NCBI GenBank assembly: GCA_019309685.1
Contig: JAFDFT010000002.1
Location: 1 to 38,734 of the forward strand
Direction: 5' to 3'
DNA: 38,734 nt
DNA from: Deltaproteobacteria bacterium
GTDB taxonomy: Bacteria; Desulfobacterota; Desulfobacteria; Desulfobacterales; JAABPS01
The notes beneath the pieces are model-generated. The model was not told the origin of the DNA. It was given only the letters and a program-made list of their open reading frames with translations, and ran no database searches. The position numbers and the translations under genes are program-made. Shown here piece by piece: positions 8,891 through 17,916 of the stretch; position 1 is the stretch's first letter, and the number at the start of each line of letters is the position of its first letter.

Positions 8891-10291
8891 ATGGCGAATA
8901 TACTAATCATAGACGATGATAAAACGGTTAACGAAGTTTTTGCTGAAATCGCACAGGAACTCGGCCATAATGCGTTGAGTGAGACGACCTTAAAAAAAGG
9001 CTTGGAGAAAGCCAATAAGGGTGATTTTGATATTGTTGTGCTTGATGTTCGGTTGCCGGATGGTGACGGCCTTAAGGCTTTGCCGGACATTCAAAGTGTA
9101 GGCTCATCCCCAGAAGTTATAATCATTACAGGTTATGGCGATCCGGACGGTGCGGAGCTCGCGATCAAAAATGGCGCGTGGGATTATATTTTAAAACCAT
9201 CTTCAATGGAGAATATTATCCTGACGTTAACGCGTGCTTTGGAATATCGAGCTGAAAAGCAGTCAAAACAATTTCCGGTAGTACTAAAGAGAGAGGGTAT
9301 TATTGGAAGCAGCCAAAAAATGAATGTAACTTTTGAACGTATTGCTCAGGCAGCAGTCAGCAAGGCAAACGTTCTCATTGCCGGTGAGACGGGTACAGGG
9401 AAAGAGCTTTATGCAAGGGCTATTCATGAAAATAGTCCTGTTGCCAACAGACGATTTGTAGTTGTGGATTGCGCCGTGCTCCCTGAGTCTCTGGTTGAAA
9501 GCACCTTGTTTGGACATGAAAAAGGCGCTTTTACAGGCGCTGATAGAGCGCGGGAAGGATTAATTAAGCAGGCGGATGGCGGGACACTATTTCTTGACGA
9601 GGTTGGAGAACTTCCGCTTTCTTCACAGAAAGCCTTTCTCCGTATTATTCAAGAACACAAATTTCGGCCAGTGGGGGGAAGACGGGAAATTGAAGTGGAG
9701 TTTAGGCTGATTGCTGCGACCAATAGAAACCTTGAAGAAATGGCAGATACTGGCCAATTCCGAAAAGATCTTCTCTATCGTCTTCGATCTTTTACGATTG
9801 AATCGCCACCGCTAATGGATAGAATGGAAGACATTAAAGAATTGTCGGTGTATTATTCTAATCGGCTATGTGAGACTTATGAGGCTGAGACTAAGGGATT
9901 TTCGCCTGAATTTATTGAAGCTTTGAATCTTTACGATTGGCCTGGAAATGTCAGGGAGCTGATCAATACCCTTGAAGAAACCCTTTCAAACGCAAAGCAA
10001 GAGCCGGTACTGTATCCATATCATCTTCCTATAAATATTCGCGCGAAAATCAAAAGAGATTTTGTAAATACCTCTTCGAATAAAAAAGATAGTATCAATC
10101 CTGTTGATCCTTTAGAAGATAAAGGCGATGAAATTATGAAAATGAAGGATTTTAGAGAATTAATGGAGAGCAGATATTTAAAGAAATTGATTTTAATTTC
10201 TGGAGGCAGCAAAAAAGATGCTTGCAATATTTCAGGATTATCCCGTACCCGTTTATTTGAACTTCTAAAGAAATACAATATTGACATATAA
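8891..10291 (+). CDS. Sigma54-dependent response regulator (NtrC family: REC + AAA+ + Fis-type HTH)
   Basis: REC domain with acceptor context VVLDVRLPDGDG, Walker A GETGTGKE, a GAFTGA motif, an ELFLDEVGE-type Walker B (LFLDEVGE), and a C-terminal HTH (ACNISGLSRTRLFELLKKYNI). Confidence 0.9.
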   Translation: MANILIIDDDKTVNEVFAEIAQELGHNALSETTLKKGLEKANKGDFDIVVLDVRLPDGDGLKALPDIQSVGSSPEVIIITGYGDPDGAELAIKNGAWDYILKPSSMENIILTLTRALEYRAEKQSKQFPVVLKREGIIGSSQKMNVTFERIAQAAVSKANVLIAGETGTGKELYARAIHENSPVANRRFVVVDCAVLPESLVESTLFGHEKGAFTGADRAREGLIKQADGGTLFLDEVGELPLSSQKAFLRIIQEHKFRPVGGRREIEVEFRLIAATNRNLEEMADTGQFRKDLLYRLRSFTIESPPLMDRMEDIKELSVYYSNRLCETYEAETKGFSPEFIEALNLYDWPGNVRELINTLEETLSNAKQEPVLYPYHLPINIRAKIKRDFVNTSSNKKDSINPVDPLEDKGDEIMKMKDFRELMESRYLKKLILISGGSKKDACNISGLSRTRLFELLKKYNIDI

Positions 10292-10483
10292 GGCCCCTCA
10301 ACCAGTCCAATTTGTAAAGTAATCCCCCAAATTAATTGACGTTCTTTTTTTCGCCAAAGATGTTCTCTTTGCCGAACACTGCGTTTTACCCTATCGGAAG
10401 GATATTTTTGTAACCTGACAATCAAAACCTTATATGCTTGTAATTATTATATATAAATATTTTTAAAATTTTGGCTTCAAGTC

Positions 10484-10499
10484 TGGCATCGTTATTGCA
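10484..10499 (+). promoter_or_regulatory. Sigma54 (-24/-12) promoter
   Basis: TGGCAT-CGTTA-TTGCA matches the TGGCAC-N5-TTGCW consensus with exact GG/GC spacing. It lies ~70 nt upstream of the ATG at 10570. An AT-rich tract (10441-10470) and an inverted repeat CAAAGA-N5-TCTTTG (10355-10371) lie upstream. Confidence 0.75.
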
Positions 10500-10569
10500 G
10501 CCAAGCTTTCGGGACCCTGGGAATTAAAAATCAACTGGAATTGATTATGGTCATAGGAGAAAGAAAAAG

Positions 10570-10971
10570 ATGGTTTTCATAATTTACAAACCTTCAACAA
10601 ACAATTCGAATAAGCTTCAGCGTAAGATTGAGCCACTTGTTTCTAAAACGCAAGTGGAAAATTATAGTTCAATTAAAGATATTACGCAAAGACTTCAACG
10701 TCCAATGAAAGAAGAAGTGGTAGGGATTTTTATGCCTTCAAGTGAAAAAGATCTTTCGGACCTGCTGTCAATTAATCACCTGGTAAAAGACATTCGAATT
10801 ATTCTTGTGCTCCCGGACAGGGACGAAAAAACAATATCCATTGGGCATTCTTTAAGGCCGCGGTTTTTGACATATGCTGATGGCGACTTAAGTGATGTCG
10901 CAGCGGTGATGATCAAAATGATGGGCAATTCGAGGGAAGAACAAAATCAAAGAGGTGAGGTGTATGCTTAA
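10570..10971 (+). CDS. Hypothetical protein, possible degenerate (pseudo-)receiver fold
   Basis: 133-aa ORF with SD AGGAGA upstream. Hydrophobic strands alternate with amphipathic segments (MVFIIY.., VVGIFMP.., IRIILVLPD.., RFLTYAD..) as in a flavodoxin/REC fold, but there is no acidic pocket or acceptor Asp. The stop overlaps the next start (ATGCTTAA). Confidence 0.5.
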   Translation: MVFIIYKPSTNNSNKLQRKIEPLVSKTQVENYSSIKDITQRLQRPMKEEVVGIFMPSSEKDLSDLLSINHLVKDIRIILVLPDRDEKTISIGHSLRPRFLTYADGDLSDVAAVMIKMMGNSREEQNQRGEVYA

Positions 10972-12697
10972 CGGAATTAATAACGATCCACCTGCTAAAA
11001 AAACCGTACTGATTGTTGATGATGAGGAGGCAATCCGAAGCACTGTGGAAGAGGCGCTCGAAGAATATAAAGATTGGATAAGCGTTTTAACTGCTGAAAA
11101 CGGCAAGCAGGCAATCGAACACCTGAACGCGGCGAAAGTAGATCTTGTACTTACCGACTTAAAGATGCCTGAAATGGACGGATTCGAGCTTCTTGCATAC
11201 ATCAGCAGGTATTTTAACAATCTGGCGGTTCTTGTTATGACGGGATTCGGCTCATCAGCGATCACCACACGTCTTGAACATATGGGTGTTCCAAATTATT
11301 TGAATAAGCCCATTAACTTAAACACGCTAGTTGATAGAATCCGGGTTGGGCTTGAAGACAGTTCAAAGGGTTATCTGAACGGTTTTTCACTCGCGAACTT
11401 TCTCCAGGCCGTTGAGGTTGAACAAAAGACAATGTCGATAATGGCCAACTCAAAAGGTCAGGTCGGATATTTACACATTGTCGAAGGCGAGCTGATAAAC
11501 GCGGAAACGGAGGACCTGAAGGGAGAGGCGGCGGCAGTGGAAATCATCAGCTGGGAAGACGCCGAGATTAAGATCGTAAATCTGCGAAGTGAGGATAAAA
11601 AGATTGATACGCCGTTAATGAACATATTGTTGGAAGCATCAAGGAGTGAAGATGAGAGAGGCCAGTCTACCTCAAGTGAGGATTCTCTGTTAAATGAAGC
11701 AATCCAAAAAGCTGAGGCGCATCATTTCTCGGAGGCAAAGGAGCTGCTGGCCAGGGTTGTATCAGAAAATCCTCGTAACCACAAGGGATGGTTGTGGTAT
11801 GCGCGAGTGCTTGGAAGTATGAAAGCGATTGAAACATCGCTAAATAACGCGGCTAAAGTTTCACCTCAGAATACAGAGGTCATTGAAGAAATCAATAAGT
11901 TTAATCTGGCAAAAAGGAAAATTAAAAATGGATCTATTCTACGATGCCCGTTTTGCTGGTTTCTGTTAGATGCGAAAATAATTAATTGTTTGTCATGCGG
12001 GTCGTTTTTAACCGTAAGCGAAACTTTTCTTGCCTGTACAAAGCATGCAGATAAAGCAATTTTAAAATCTGCGATTGAGAGGTACCAGAGAGTTTTAGAA
12101 AGTGATTCAAATAATTTTAGCGCGCAGTATAATCTTGGTCTCGCATATATCAACCAGGAGATGTGGGATGAAGGTGTCAACCATCTTTCAAGCGCGGTAA
12201 ACTTGTCTCCTGAAAATAAATTTCTTTCCGAACAACTCAATTATTTGCTTAAATATATTGCTTCAGGTGATCCGTTTGTATCGAAACGAAAAGGCAATGC
12301 AGCTGATAGCAAAGGGGGGAAAACGGCCAATAAAGAAAAGACGGTTCTTGTTGTAGAAGACAGCTCAACCACTCGAGCAGTTGTTAAGACAACATTGGGC
12401 CAAATGGGATACAGGGTGGTTGAGGCGGTTGATGGACTTGAGGCACTAAGCAAGCTAAGTGCAGTAAAACCAGACCTGATCCTGCTGGATATTATTTTGC
12501 CTAAAATGGATGGTTATCAAATACTGGCGGCAATAAAGAAAAAGCAGGCATTAAAAGATATCCCTGTGATCATGCTTACTGCAAAAGACAAAATGATGGA
12601 TAAGGTAAAAGGGAAACTGGCGGGGTCAAATGAATATCTCACAAAACCTTTTGATCCTAATGAATTATTAGATATTGCGGTGAAATATCTTCAATAA
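10964..12697 (+). CDS. Multidomain response regulator: REC - PATAN/DUF4388 - TPR - CxxC..CxxC zinc ribbon - TPR - PilG/PatA-like REC
   Basis: N-terminal REC (LIVDDEE...LVLTDLKMPEMDG...NKP). DUF4388 signature (GYLNGFSLANFLQAVEVEQKTMSI...GYLHIVEGELINAE...GEAAAVEIISWEDAEIKI). TPR-like repeats. CPFC-X10-CLSC at 11945-11998. C-terminal REC (LVVEDS...LLDIILPKMDG...LTAKDKMMDKVKGKLAGSNEYLTKPF). I prefer ATG 10964 (SD GAGGTGAGG); the track start is GTG 10955. Confidence 0.8.
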   Translation: MLNGINNDPPAKKTVLIVDDEEAIRSTVEEALEEYKDWISVLTAENGKQAIEHLNAAKVDLVLTDLKMPEMDGFELLAYISRYFNNLAVLVMTGFGSSAITTRLEHMGVPNYLNKPINLNTLVDRIRVGLEDSSKGYLNGFSLANFLQAVEVEQKTMSIMANSKGQVGYLHIVEGELINAETEDLKGEAAAVEIISWEDAEIKIVNLRSEDKKIDTPLMNILLEASRSEDERGQSTSSEDSLLNEAIQKAEAHHFSEAKELLARVVSENPRNHKGWLWYARVLGSMKAIETSLNNAAKVSPQNTEVIEEINKFNLAKRKIKNGSILRCPFCWFLLDAKIINCLSCGSFLTVSETFLACTKHADKAILKSAIERYQRVLESDSNNFSAQYNLGLAYINQEMWDEGVNHLSSAVNLSPENKFLSEQLNYLLKYIASGDPFVSKRKGNAADSKGGKTANKEKTVLVVEDSSTTRAVVKTTLGQMGYRVVEAVDGLEALSKLSAVKPDLILLDIILPKMDGYQILAAIKKKQALKDIPVIMLTAKDKMMDKVKGKLAGSNEYLTKPFDPNELLDIAVKYLQ

Positions 12698-12752
12698 TTA
12701 TTTTGCTTGTATAGGAAAATAGAAATTAAATAAAAATACTATGGGAGGAACA

Positions 12753-13118
12753 ATGGCAAAAGAAAAGATTATGGTCGTGGATGATAGCCCAACTGAATTA
12801 AAAATTATGACGGAACCGTTTATTCCAAAAGGCTATGATGTTATTACGGCAATGGATGGAGAGGAAGCGATTAAGATGGCGGAAGAAGAGAAGCCAGACC
12901 TTATTGTGCTGGATGTAATTATGCCAAAGATGAACGGGTTTCAGGTATGCCGTAAAATTAAAACAACACCAGAACTAAAAGATATAAAGATTCTTCTGCT
13001 GACAAGCAAAAATCAGGAAAGTGATGAGTTTTGGGGAATGAAACAGGGCGCTGACGCTTATATGACAAAGCCATTTAAAGGTGATGAGCTGTTGGCAAAG
13101 GCTGAAAGTCTTTTGTAA
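12753..13118 (+). CDS. Single-domain CheY-like response regulator (PilH-like)
   Basis: MVVDDSPTE...LIVLDVIMPKMNG...LLTSKNQESDEFWGMKQGADAYMTKPF. SD GGAGG lies 4 nt before ATG 12753; the track start 12741 is less likely. Confidence 0.85.
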   Translation: MAKEKIMVVDDSPTELKIMTEPFIPKGYDVITAMDGEEAIKMAEEEKPDLIVLDVIMPKMNGFQVCRKIKTTPELKDIKILLLTSKNQESDEFWGMKQGADAYMTKPFKGDELLAKAESLL

Positions 13119-13205
13119 GTAACAAAGAATGTTTCAAATTTACAGCAAAGCCCTTTGGTTGCCGAGGTTTAGGAAATAGTTTTTGTAAAGGAGAAGACGG
13201 TTATA

Positions 13206-13844
13206 ATGCAAGAATCAGTTGAAGAGAATGAAAAGGATCAATCTGCAGCACAAAAAACCAGCTCTAAATCAGACCTGATGGATCTGGTAAATAGAATTGA
13301 GGGAGAAATTGAACGGCGAACGAAGCCTGAAAATACGGAAGCCTTAGAAGACATTGGTGCAATTGAATCAACCGTATTTGCCGAAAAGCAGTATATTAAA
13401 TTTATTCTGGCAGATATTTCCATGGCAGTTTCGATTACCAGCGCATTAGAAATTGGCCGCATGCCTGAAGTAACACCTTTGCCAAATCTTCCGGAGTGGA
13501 TTCTCGGTATCAGTAATGTGCGTGGTGAAATTGTGTCGATCGTTGACCCCAAAGGCTTTTTTGGCTGGCCCTTGAAAATAAAAATTAGAGAACCGCATTT
13601 TATTATCGTACACAACAATGAAATGAAGGTAGGGTTATTGGTGGACAGAATTGCGGGGATTGTATCTCTGGATGAGACAGATACAGATATTAAAGACGAG
13701 CCAATAGACAAAACGGAATTAGAGATAAAATTGGAGCCCTATATTTCCGATGTGTCAATTTCTGAAGAGAAACCACTGTATGTGGTTGATGTAGATAAGC
13801 TGCTGTCAGATCCGCGAATGAAGAGGGAAGCTGAAAATGCGTAA
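13206..13844 (+). CDS. CheW-like coupling protein with ~60-aa acidic N-terminal extension
   Basis: CheW domain pattern (YIKFILADISMAVSITSALEIGRMPEVTPLPNLPEWILGISNVRGEIVSIVD...VGLLVDRIAGIVSL). Confidence 0.8.
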   Translation: MQESVEENEKDQSAAQKTSSKSDLMDLVNRIEGEIERRTKPENTEALEDIGAIESTVFAEKQYIKFILADISMAVSITSALEIGRMPEVTPLPNLPEWILGISNVRGEIVSIVDPKGFFGWPLKIKIREPHFIIVHNNEMKVGLLVDRIAGIVSLDETDTDIKDEPIDKTELEIKLEPYISDVSISEEKPLYVVDVDKLLSDPRMKREAENA

Positions 13845-13966
13845 TTGCCATAAATATTGTTTAGTGTATTTTTTGAATTTAGTTAAACGCCAAATCAGAG
13901 ATTTGCAAAAAGCAGAAATTGTTATTTGTATAATATTTAAATAAATTAAGGAGAGCATTCATAATT

Positions 13967-16849
13967 ATGCCGCCTATTGATGATACAGTCAAAGGATTTA
14001 TTGAAGAAGTAAAAGGCTATATTGATCCGATAAAAGAAGGAATTCAATCCTTTCATGAGAATGCTAATAAATGGGATGCCCTTGAAGAAACCCATCGGCT
14101 TGTTCACACGATAAAGGGAGCGTCATCATTGTTAGATTTTATAGGGTTAAGTCATATTGCCGGGGAGATGGAAAATGCGCTGAATGATGTGTTTTCGGGA
14201 GAAATCACCATTTCTGAGGGCGTTGTAAACACTCTGCTGCATACAGTTGGACAAATCGATACTTACTGTGAAGAAATTGTTACAGGTGAAGTGGATGATA
14301 AAGCAATGGTGATGGAAGCGGTATCCGTTTATAGGCGCTTGCGTGATTTGCCTGAAGAAGGAGATGAAGAGGCATTTACTATTGTGTGGGAGTCAGAACC
14401 CGGTTTGGAGACAGGTTCAATTTCAGACATTGAAGGTAGATCCGGTGAAGCGGATGACTTGTTTAGTGATTTAATCAAAAGTTTTTACGATGAAGCAGAA
14501 GAGCACATGGAAAACACAGCGCGTTTTCTAAACATCCTTGATTCTCAGGTGTCTGAACGTACCGAAATTACGCCTTCACAACGGGATGCAATTAAAGAAA
14601 TCCGGCGATCCGTTCATACGGTCAAAGGTGCCGCAGGAATGGTTAAGCTGACCGAAATATCAAGATGGGCGCATGAAATAGAAGATGTGCTTGACTGGTT
14701 GTATGAGGAAGCCAAGGAAATTGACAGGCCCTTAGTAGAACTGCTGTATGACGCGACAGATTTGCTAGGGATATTTATCATAAACCCACTACAGGTTGAT
14801 AATGATAGACTAGATACGATACGTCAAAAATTTAGAGAAATATTAGGTGCTGATTTTTCCGGGCAGACTGAAAGCAATGACGGACAGGCATCAGAAGTTG
14901 AAACGGTTATCAGCGAAAAAAAAGAAACAGTAGAAATCTTTGAACCAGGTCCTGAAAAGATAAATTTAGAAGAACAGGTTCAAGCGGCGACTGATGTCGG
15001 CTATGGAAAGACCCTTAGAGTCCAGATGGAAAAGGTTGACGATCTTGTAAACCTGGGGGGAGAGCTCAGCATCGCTTTAAGTGGGTGTGAGCAGAAAATG
15101 GAAACATTTACCACTTCATTAAGCGAGCTTGAACTTTCCCGTGACAGACTAAGAGCGATCGCGCGTGATCTCGAAACAGACTATGAGGTGAAAGCGATTC
15201 AGGGATTGGGGACTACATTATCCTCAGCGATAGCGGGTGACGGGAGTGTGCTTCCAACAGGTGTTTTTGAAGAATTTGATTCACTGGAATTGGACCGCTA
15301 TTCGGAATTTAATCTTATGATCCGATCTCTTGCTGAAGCAGTCGTCGATATGGGTACGATTAACACTCAGATGCTGAGTATTTACAGTGAACTCGATGGG
15401 TTTTTAAATAGACAGAGAGTGCTTCTTAGCGAATTGCAGAACAATATGATGCTTATTCGAATGACGCCGATGTCAAGTATATCAAACAGAATGCGCCAGA
15501 CAGTCAGAGAAATGGCACGGGACCTTGGAAGGCAGGTAAAGCTAATTATTGAAGGAGAGGAAATAGAGCTCGATAGACAGATTTGGGATAGGATTACAGA
15601 TCCGTTAATGCATATTCTCCGAAATTCTGTTGACCATGGGATTGAAAGCCAGGACTTGCGCCAGGAGTTAGGCAAACCGACCTTTGGAACGATAAAAGTT
15701 TGGGCTGCCAGACAAGGGAACCAGGTTGTCATAAGGATAGCGGATGACGGTACAGGATTAGATTGTGAGATGATCAGAGAGAAAGTACGCGCGTCAGGCG
15801 TTCAAGATAACATTGACCAGATGTCAGATGAAGAACTGGCATTAATAGTTTTTCAGCCTGGCTTCACTACCAGTGAACAGGTCACTCAGTTTTCCGGCCG
15901 TGGTGTGGGGCTCGATGTCGTAAAAGAAAACATAGAAAGTCTAAAGGGATCTGTATCTGTCCATTCGGTTAAAGATCAAGGGGTTCAATTTACGATTCGA
16001 ATTCCCTTGACATTAGCAGTGGCTGAAGCACTTTTGTTCAGGATGGATACCCAGCAGTATGCTGTTTCGTTAAATGATGTGAACGAAATTTTCAGGTTTG
16101 GTCCCGGAAGTATTCCTGATGAGATGGAAGGGGAGTTGGAGATTGAGGGTGAAGTTTATCCGCTGTTTAATTTGAGAAAAATGTTAAATACTGATCAAGC
16201 TGCCGGCGATTCATCCAAAGCAGTGGATGATAAAATTGTACTTTTACTTGAGACCAGCGGTAAGCGGGTTGCGGTTTCCATAGAAAATATGATCGGAAAA
16301 AGAGAGATCGTTATCAAGAGTTTAGGTTCTCACCTTAAACAGGTCAAAGGTGTTTCCGGTGCAACCATACTTGGTGACGGGAGTGTGGTGCCGATTTTAA
16401 ATATCGAGGAGCTTATTGGTGGTGGAGCGATTATTACCGAGGGCGGTGAAGATGATTTTAGGCCCATAATCGGCAAGCAACTTGAAATACTGATCGTGGA
16501 CGATTCGGTCAGTGTAAGGCAGGTGGTTGCTAGGCTTATGGAAAATCAAGGATGGAAAACGAAAACCGCCAAGGATGGTGTTGAGGCATTAGAAAGAATA
16601 AGGGAAAGCAAGCCTGACCTGATTGTGCTTGATATCGAGATGCCAAGAATGAATGGATATGAGTTTTTAAACGCGATGAACGTTCAGTCACGCTTTAAAA
16701 ACACTCCTGTTGTTATGCTTACATCCAGAGCAACTTCAAAGCATCGTGAGAAGGCGATGAGCCTTGGTGCAAGAGGTTTTGTTGTAAAACCGTATAAAGA
16801 TGATGAGTTTATCGATATTGTAATGAGATTGACAGGTGTAAGTAGTTAA
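13967..16849 (+). CDS. cheA: Hybrid CheA histidine kinase: Hpt-Hpt-dimerisation-HATPase-CheW-REC
   Basis: Two Hpt motifs (HRLVHTIKGASSLL and RRSVHTVKGAAGMV), N-box ILRNSVDHGIE, G1 DDGTGLD, G2 GRGVGLDVV, a P5 CheW-like domain, and a C-terminal REC (ILIVDDS...LIVLDIEMPRMNG...VVKPY). Confidence 0.9.
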   Translation: MPPIDDTVKGFIEEVKGYIDPIKEGIQSFHENANKWDALEETHRLVHTIKGASSLLDFIGLSHIAGEMENALNDVFSGEITISEGVVNTLLHTVGQIDTYCEEIVTGEVDDKAMVMEAVSVYRRLRDLPEEGDEEAFTIVWESEPGLETGSISDIEGRSGEADDLFSDLIKSFYDEAEEHMENTARFLNILDSQVSERTEITPSQRDAIKEIRRSVHTVKGAAGMVKLTEISRWAHEIEDVLDWLYEEAKEIDRPLVELLYDATDLLGIFIINPLQVDNDRLDTIRQKFREILGADFSGQTESNDGQASEVETVISEKKETVEIFEPGPEKINLEEQVQAATDVGYGKTLRVQMEKVDDLVNLGGELSIALSGCEQKMETFTTSLSELELSRDRLRAIARDLETDYEVKAIQGLGTTLSSAIAGDGSVLPTGVFEEFDSLELDRYSEFNLMIRSLAEAVVDMGTINTQMLSIYSELDGFLNRQRVLLSELQNNMMLIRMTPMSSISNRMRQTVREMARDLGRQVKLIIEGEEIELDRQIWDRITDPLMHILRNSVDHGIESQDLRQELGKPTFGTIKVWAARQGNQVVIRIADDGTGLDCEMIREKVRASGVQDNIDQMSDEELALIVFQPGFTTSEQVTQFSGRGVGLDVVKENIESLKGSVSVHSVKDQGVQFTIRIPLTLAVAEALLFRMDTQQYAVSLNDVNEIFRFGPGSIPDEMEGELEIEGEVYPLFNLRKMLNTDQAAGDSSKAVDDKIVLLLETSGKRVAVSIENMIGKREIVIKSLGSHLKQVKGVSGATILGDGSVVPILNIEELIGGGAIITEGGEDDFRPIIGKQLEILIVDDSVSVRQVVARLMENQGWKTKTAKDGVEALERIRESKPDLIVLDIEMPRMNGYEFLNAMNVQSRFKNTPVVMLTSRATSKHREKAMSLGARGFVVKPYKDDEFIDIVMRLTGVSS

Positions 16850-16909
16850 TAATGAATCGCTGGTTATAGAAAAACCAAAAAGGCCCGCTTAGATCGAAAA
16901 GGTATATAC

Positions 16910-17347
16910 ATGCAACAACTGATTTTATTTAAAGTGTATGACACTCTTTTTGCAATAGACCAGAAATTTGTAAAAAAGAAGTACCAAAAAGAGGAGCTTT
17001 TTAGTGAGCGTGCAAGTAAAGCAAAGAAAGTAAAGATCAAACTGGATGGAACTGACGTCCCACTTTACGATTTGCCGGCTATGTTCGGCGGATTCGCTGA
17101 TGAAACAAGGAAAGGCAATGGTGAAGCCATGCTGGTAAAAGATGAAGAGGGTCACATGGTTTTTCTTGCACATCAAATTGAAGGGGCCGTTGAAATTGAA
17201 AATGAGTTTATTAAAGACCTTTCACCGGTTTTTGGAAAGCGTTCGTGTACGTATTTTCCAAAGGTTACTATAAAAGATAATCTGCCTGTTTTGATTTTAA
17301 ATCCATCAGGCATAAGAGCGGATGCGAATAGTGAATCAGCTATCTAA
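16910..17347 (+). CDS. Divergent CheW-like protein
   Basis: 145-aa ORF starting with the CheW-type pattern LILFKVYDTLFAIDQKFV...DVPLYDLPAMFG...MVFLAHQIEGAVEIE. Similarity is weak and motif-based. Confidence 0.5.
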   Translation: MQQLILFKVYDTLFAIDQKFVKKKYQKEELFSERASKAKKVKIKLDGTDVPLYDLPAMFGGFADETRKGNGEAMLVKDEEGHMVFLAHQIEGAVEIENEFIKDLSPVFGKRSCTYFPKVTIKDNLPVLILNPSGIRADANSESAI

Positions 17348-17377
17348 AATAAATGAGAAGCATAAAGGGTAGAATAA

Positions 17378-17881
17378 GTGAAAAAACAGAGTCAAGAAGA
17401 AGTCGTTGACCATAAGGTGTTAATATGTTCGGCAACGACGCCATACGTTGACGGGAAGCAAATTTATTTTCTTTTCAGCCTTTACCAGGTTGAAGATATT
17501 CAGAGAGAATTATCCGTTTATGATGTCCCGTTTTCAGCGCCGTTTATTGAAGGAATTACCGTGTGGCGTGACTTGACAATTCCTGTGATTTCACTGGAGC
17601 GATACCTTGGATTGCCGCTCGCTGAAGCGGGCCAAAGCCAACGATTTATTGTTATACGGTCTGCGCTGGGAACACAAGAAGATGTGGGGGAAATGCGAAT
17701 CGCAATTCGAACGGAAAGGGAAACTAAAATGATTTCCATTCCAGATTCGAATGAGTTGGTTACATCCAATGGGTGGATGAATCATGAACTCGTAAAAGGT
17801 GTCTTTGAGTGGGATAAAGGTTACATAGTGGTTCCTGAAACAGATAAATTGTTTCAAGGAGAAATCAGTTATAAAGGCTAA
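17378..17881 (+). CDS. Divergent CheW-like protein
   Basis: 167-aa ORF (GTG start) with YFLFSLYQVEDIQ...PFIEGITVWRDLTIPVISLERYLGL...RFIVIR, which resembles a CheW domain. Confidence 0.5.
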   Translation: MKKQSQEEVVDHKVLICSATTPYVDGKQIYFLFSLYQVEDIQRELSVYDVPFSAPFIEGITVWRDLTIPVISLERYLGLPLAEAGQSQRFIVIRSALGTQEDVGEMRIAIRTERETKMISIPDSNELVTSNGWMNHELVKGVFEWDKGYIVVPETDKLFQGEISYKG

Positions 17882-17916
17882 ATAACAATGATTGCATCGG
17901 TAACATTAAAAATCTT

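Noticed and set aside
13845-13966. Possible internal sigma70 promoter before cheA (TTGCAA ... TATAAT)
   Set aside because: The spacer between the hexamers is 20 nt, too long for a functional sigma70 promoter. This is probably just AT-rich intergenic sequence.
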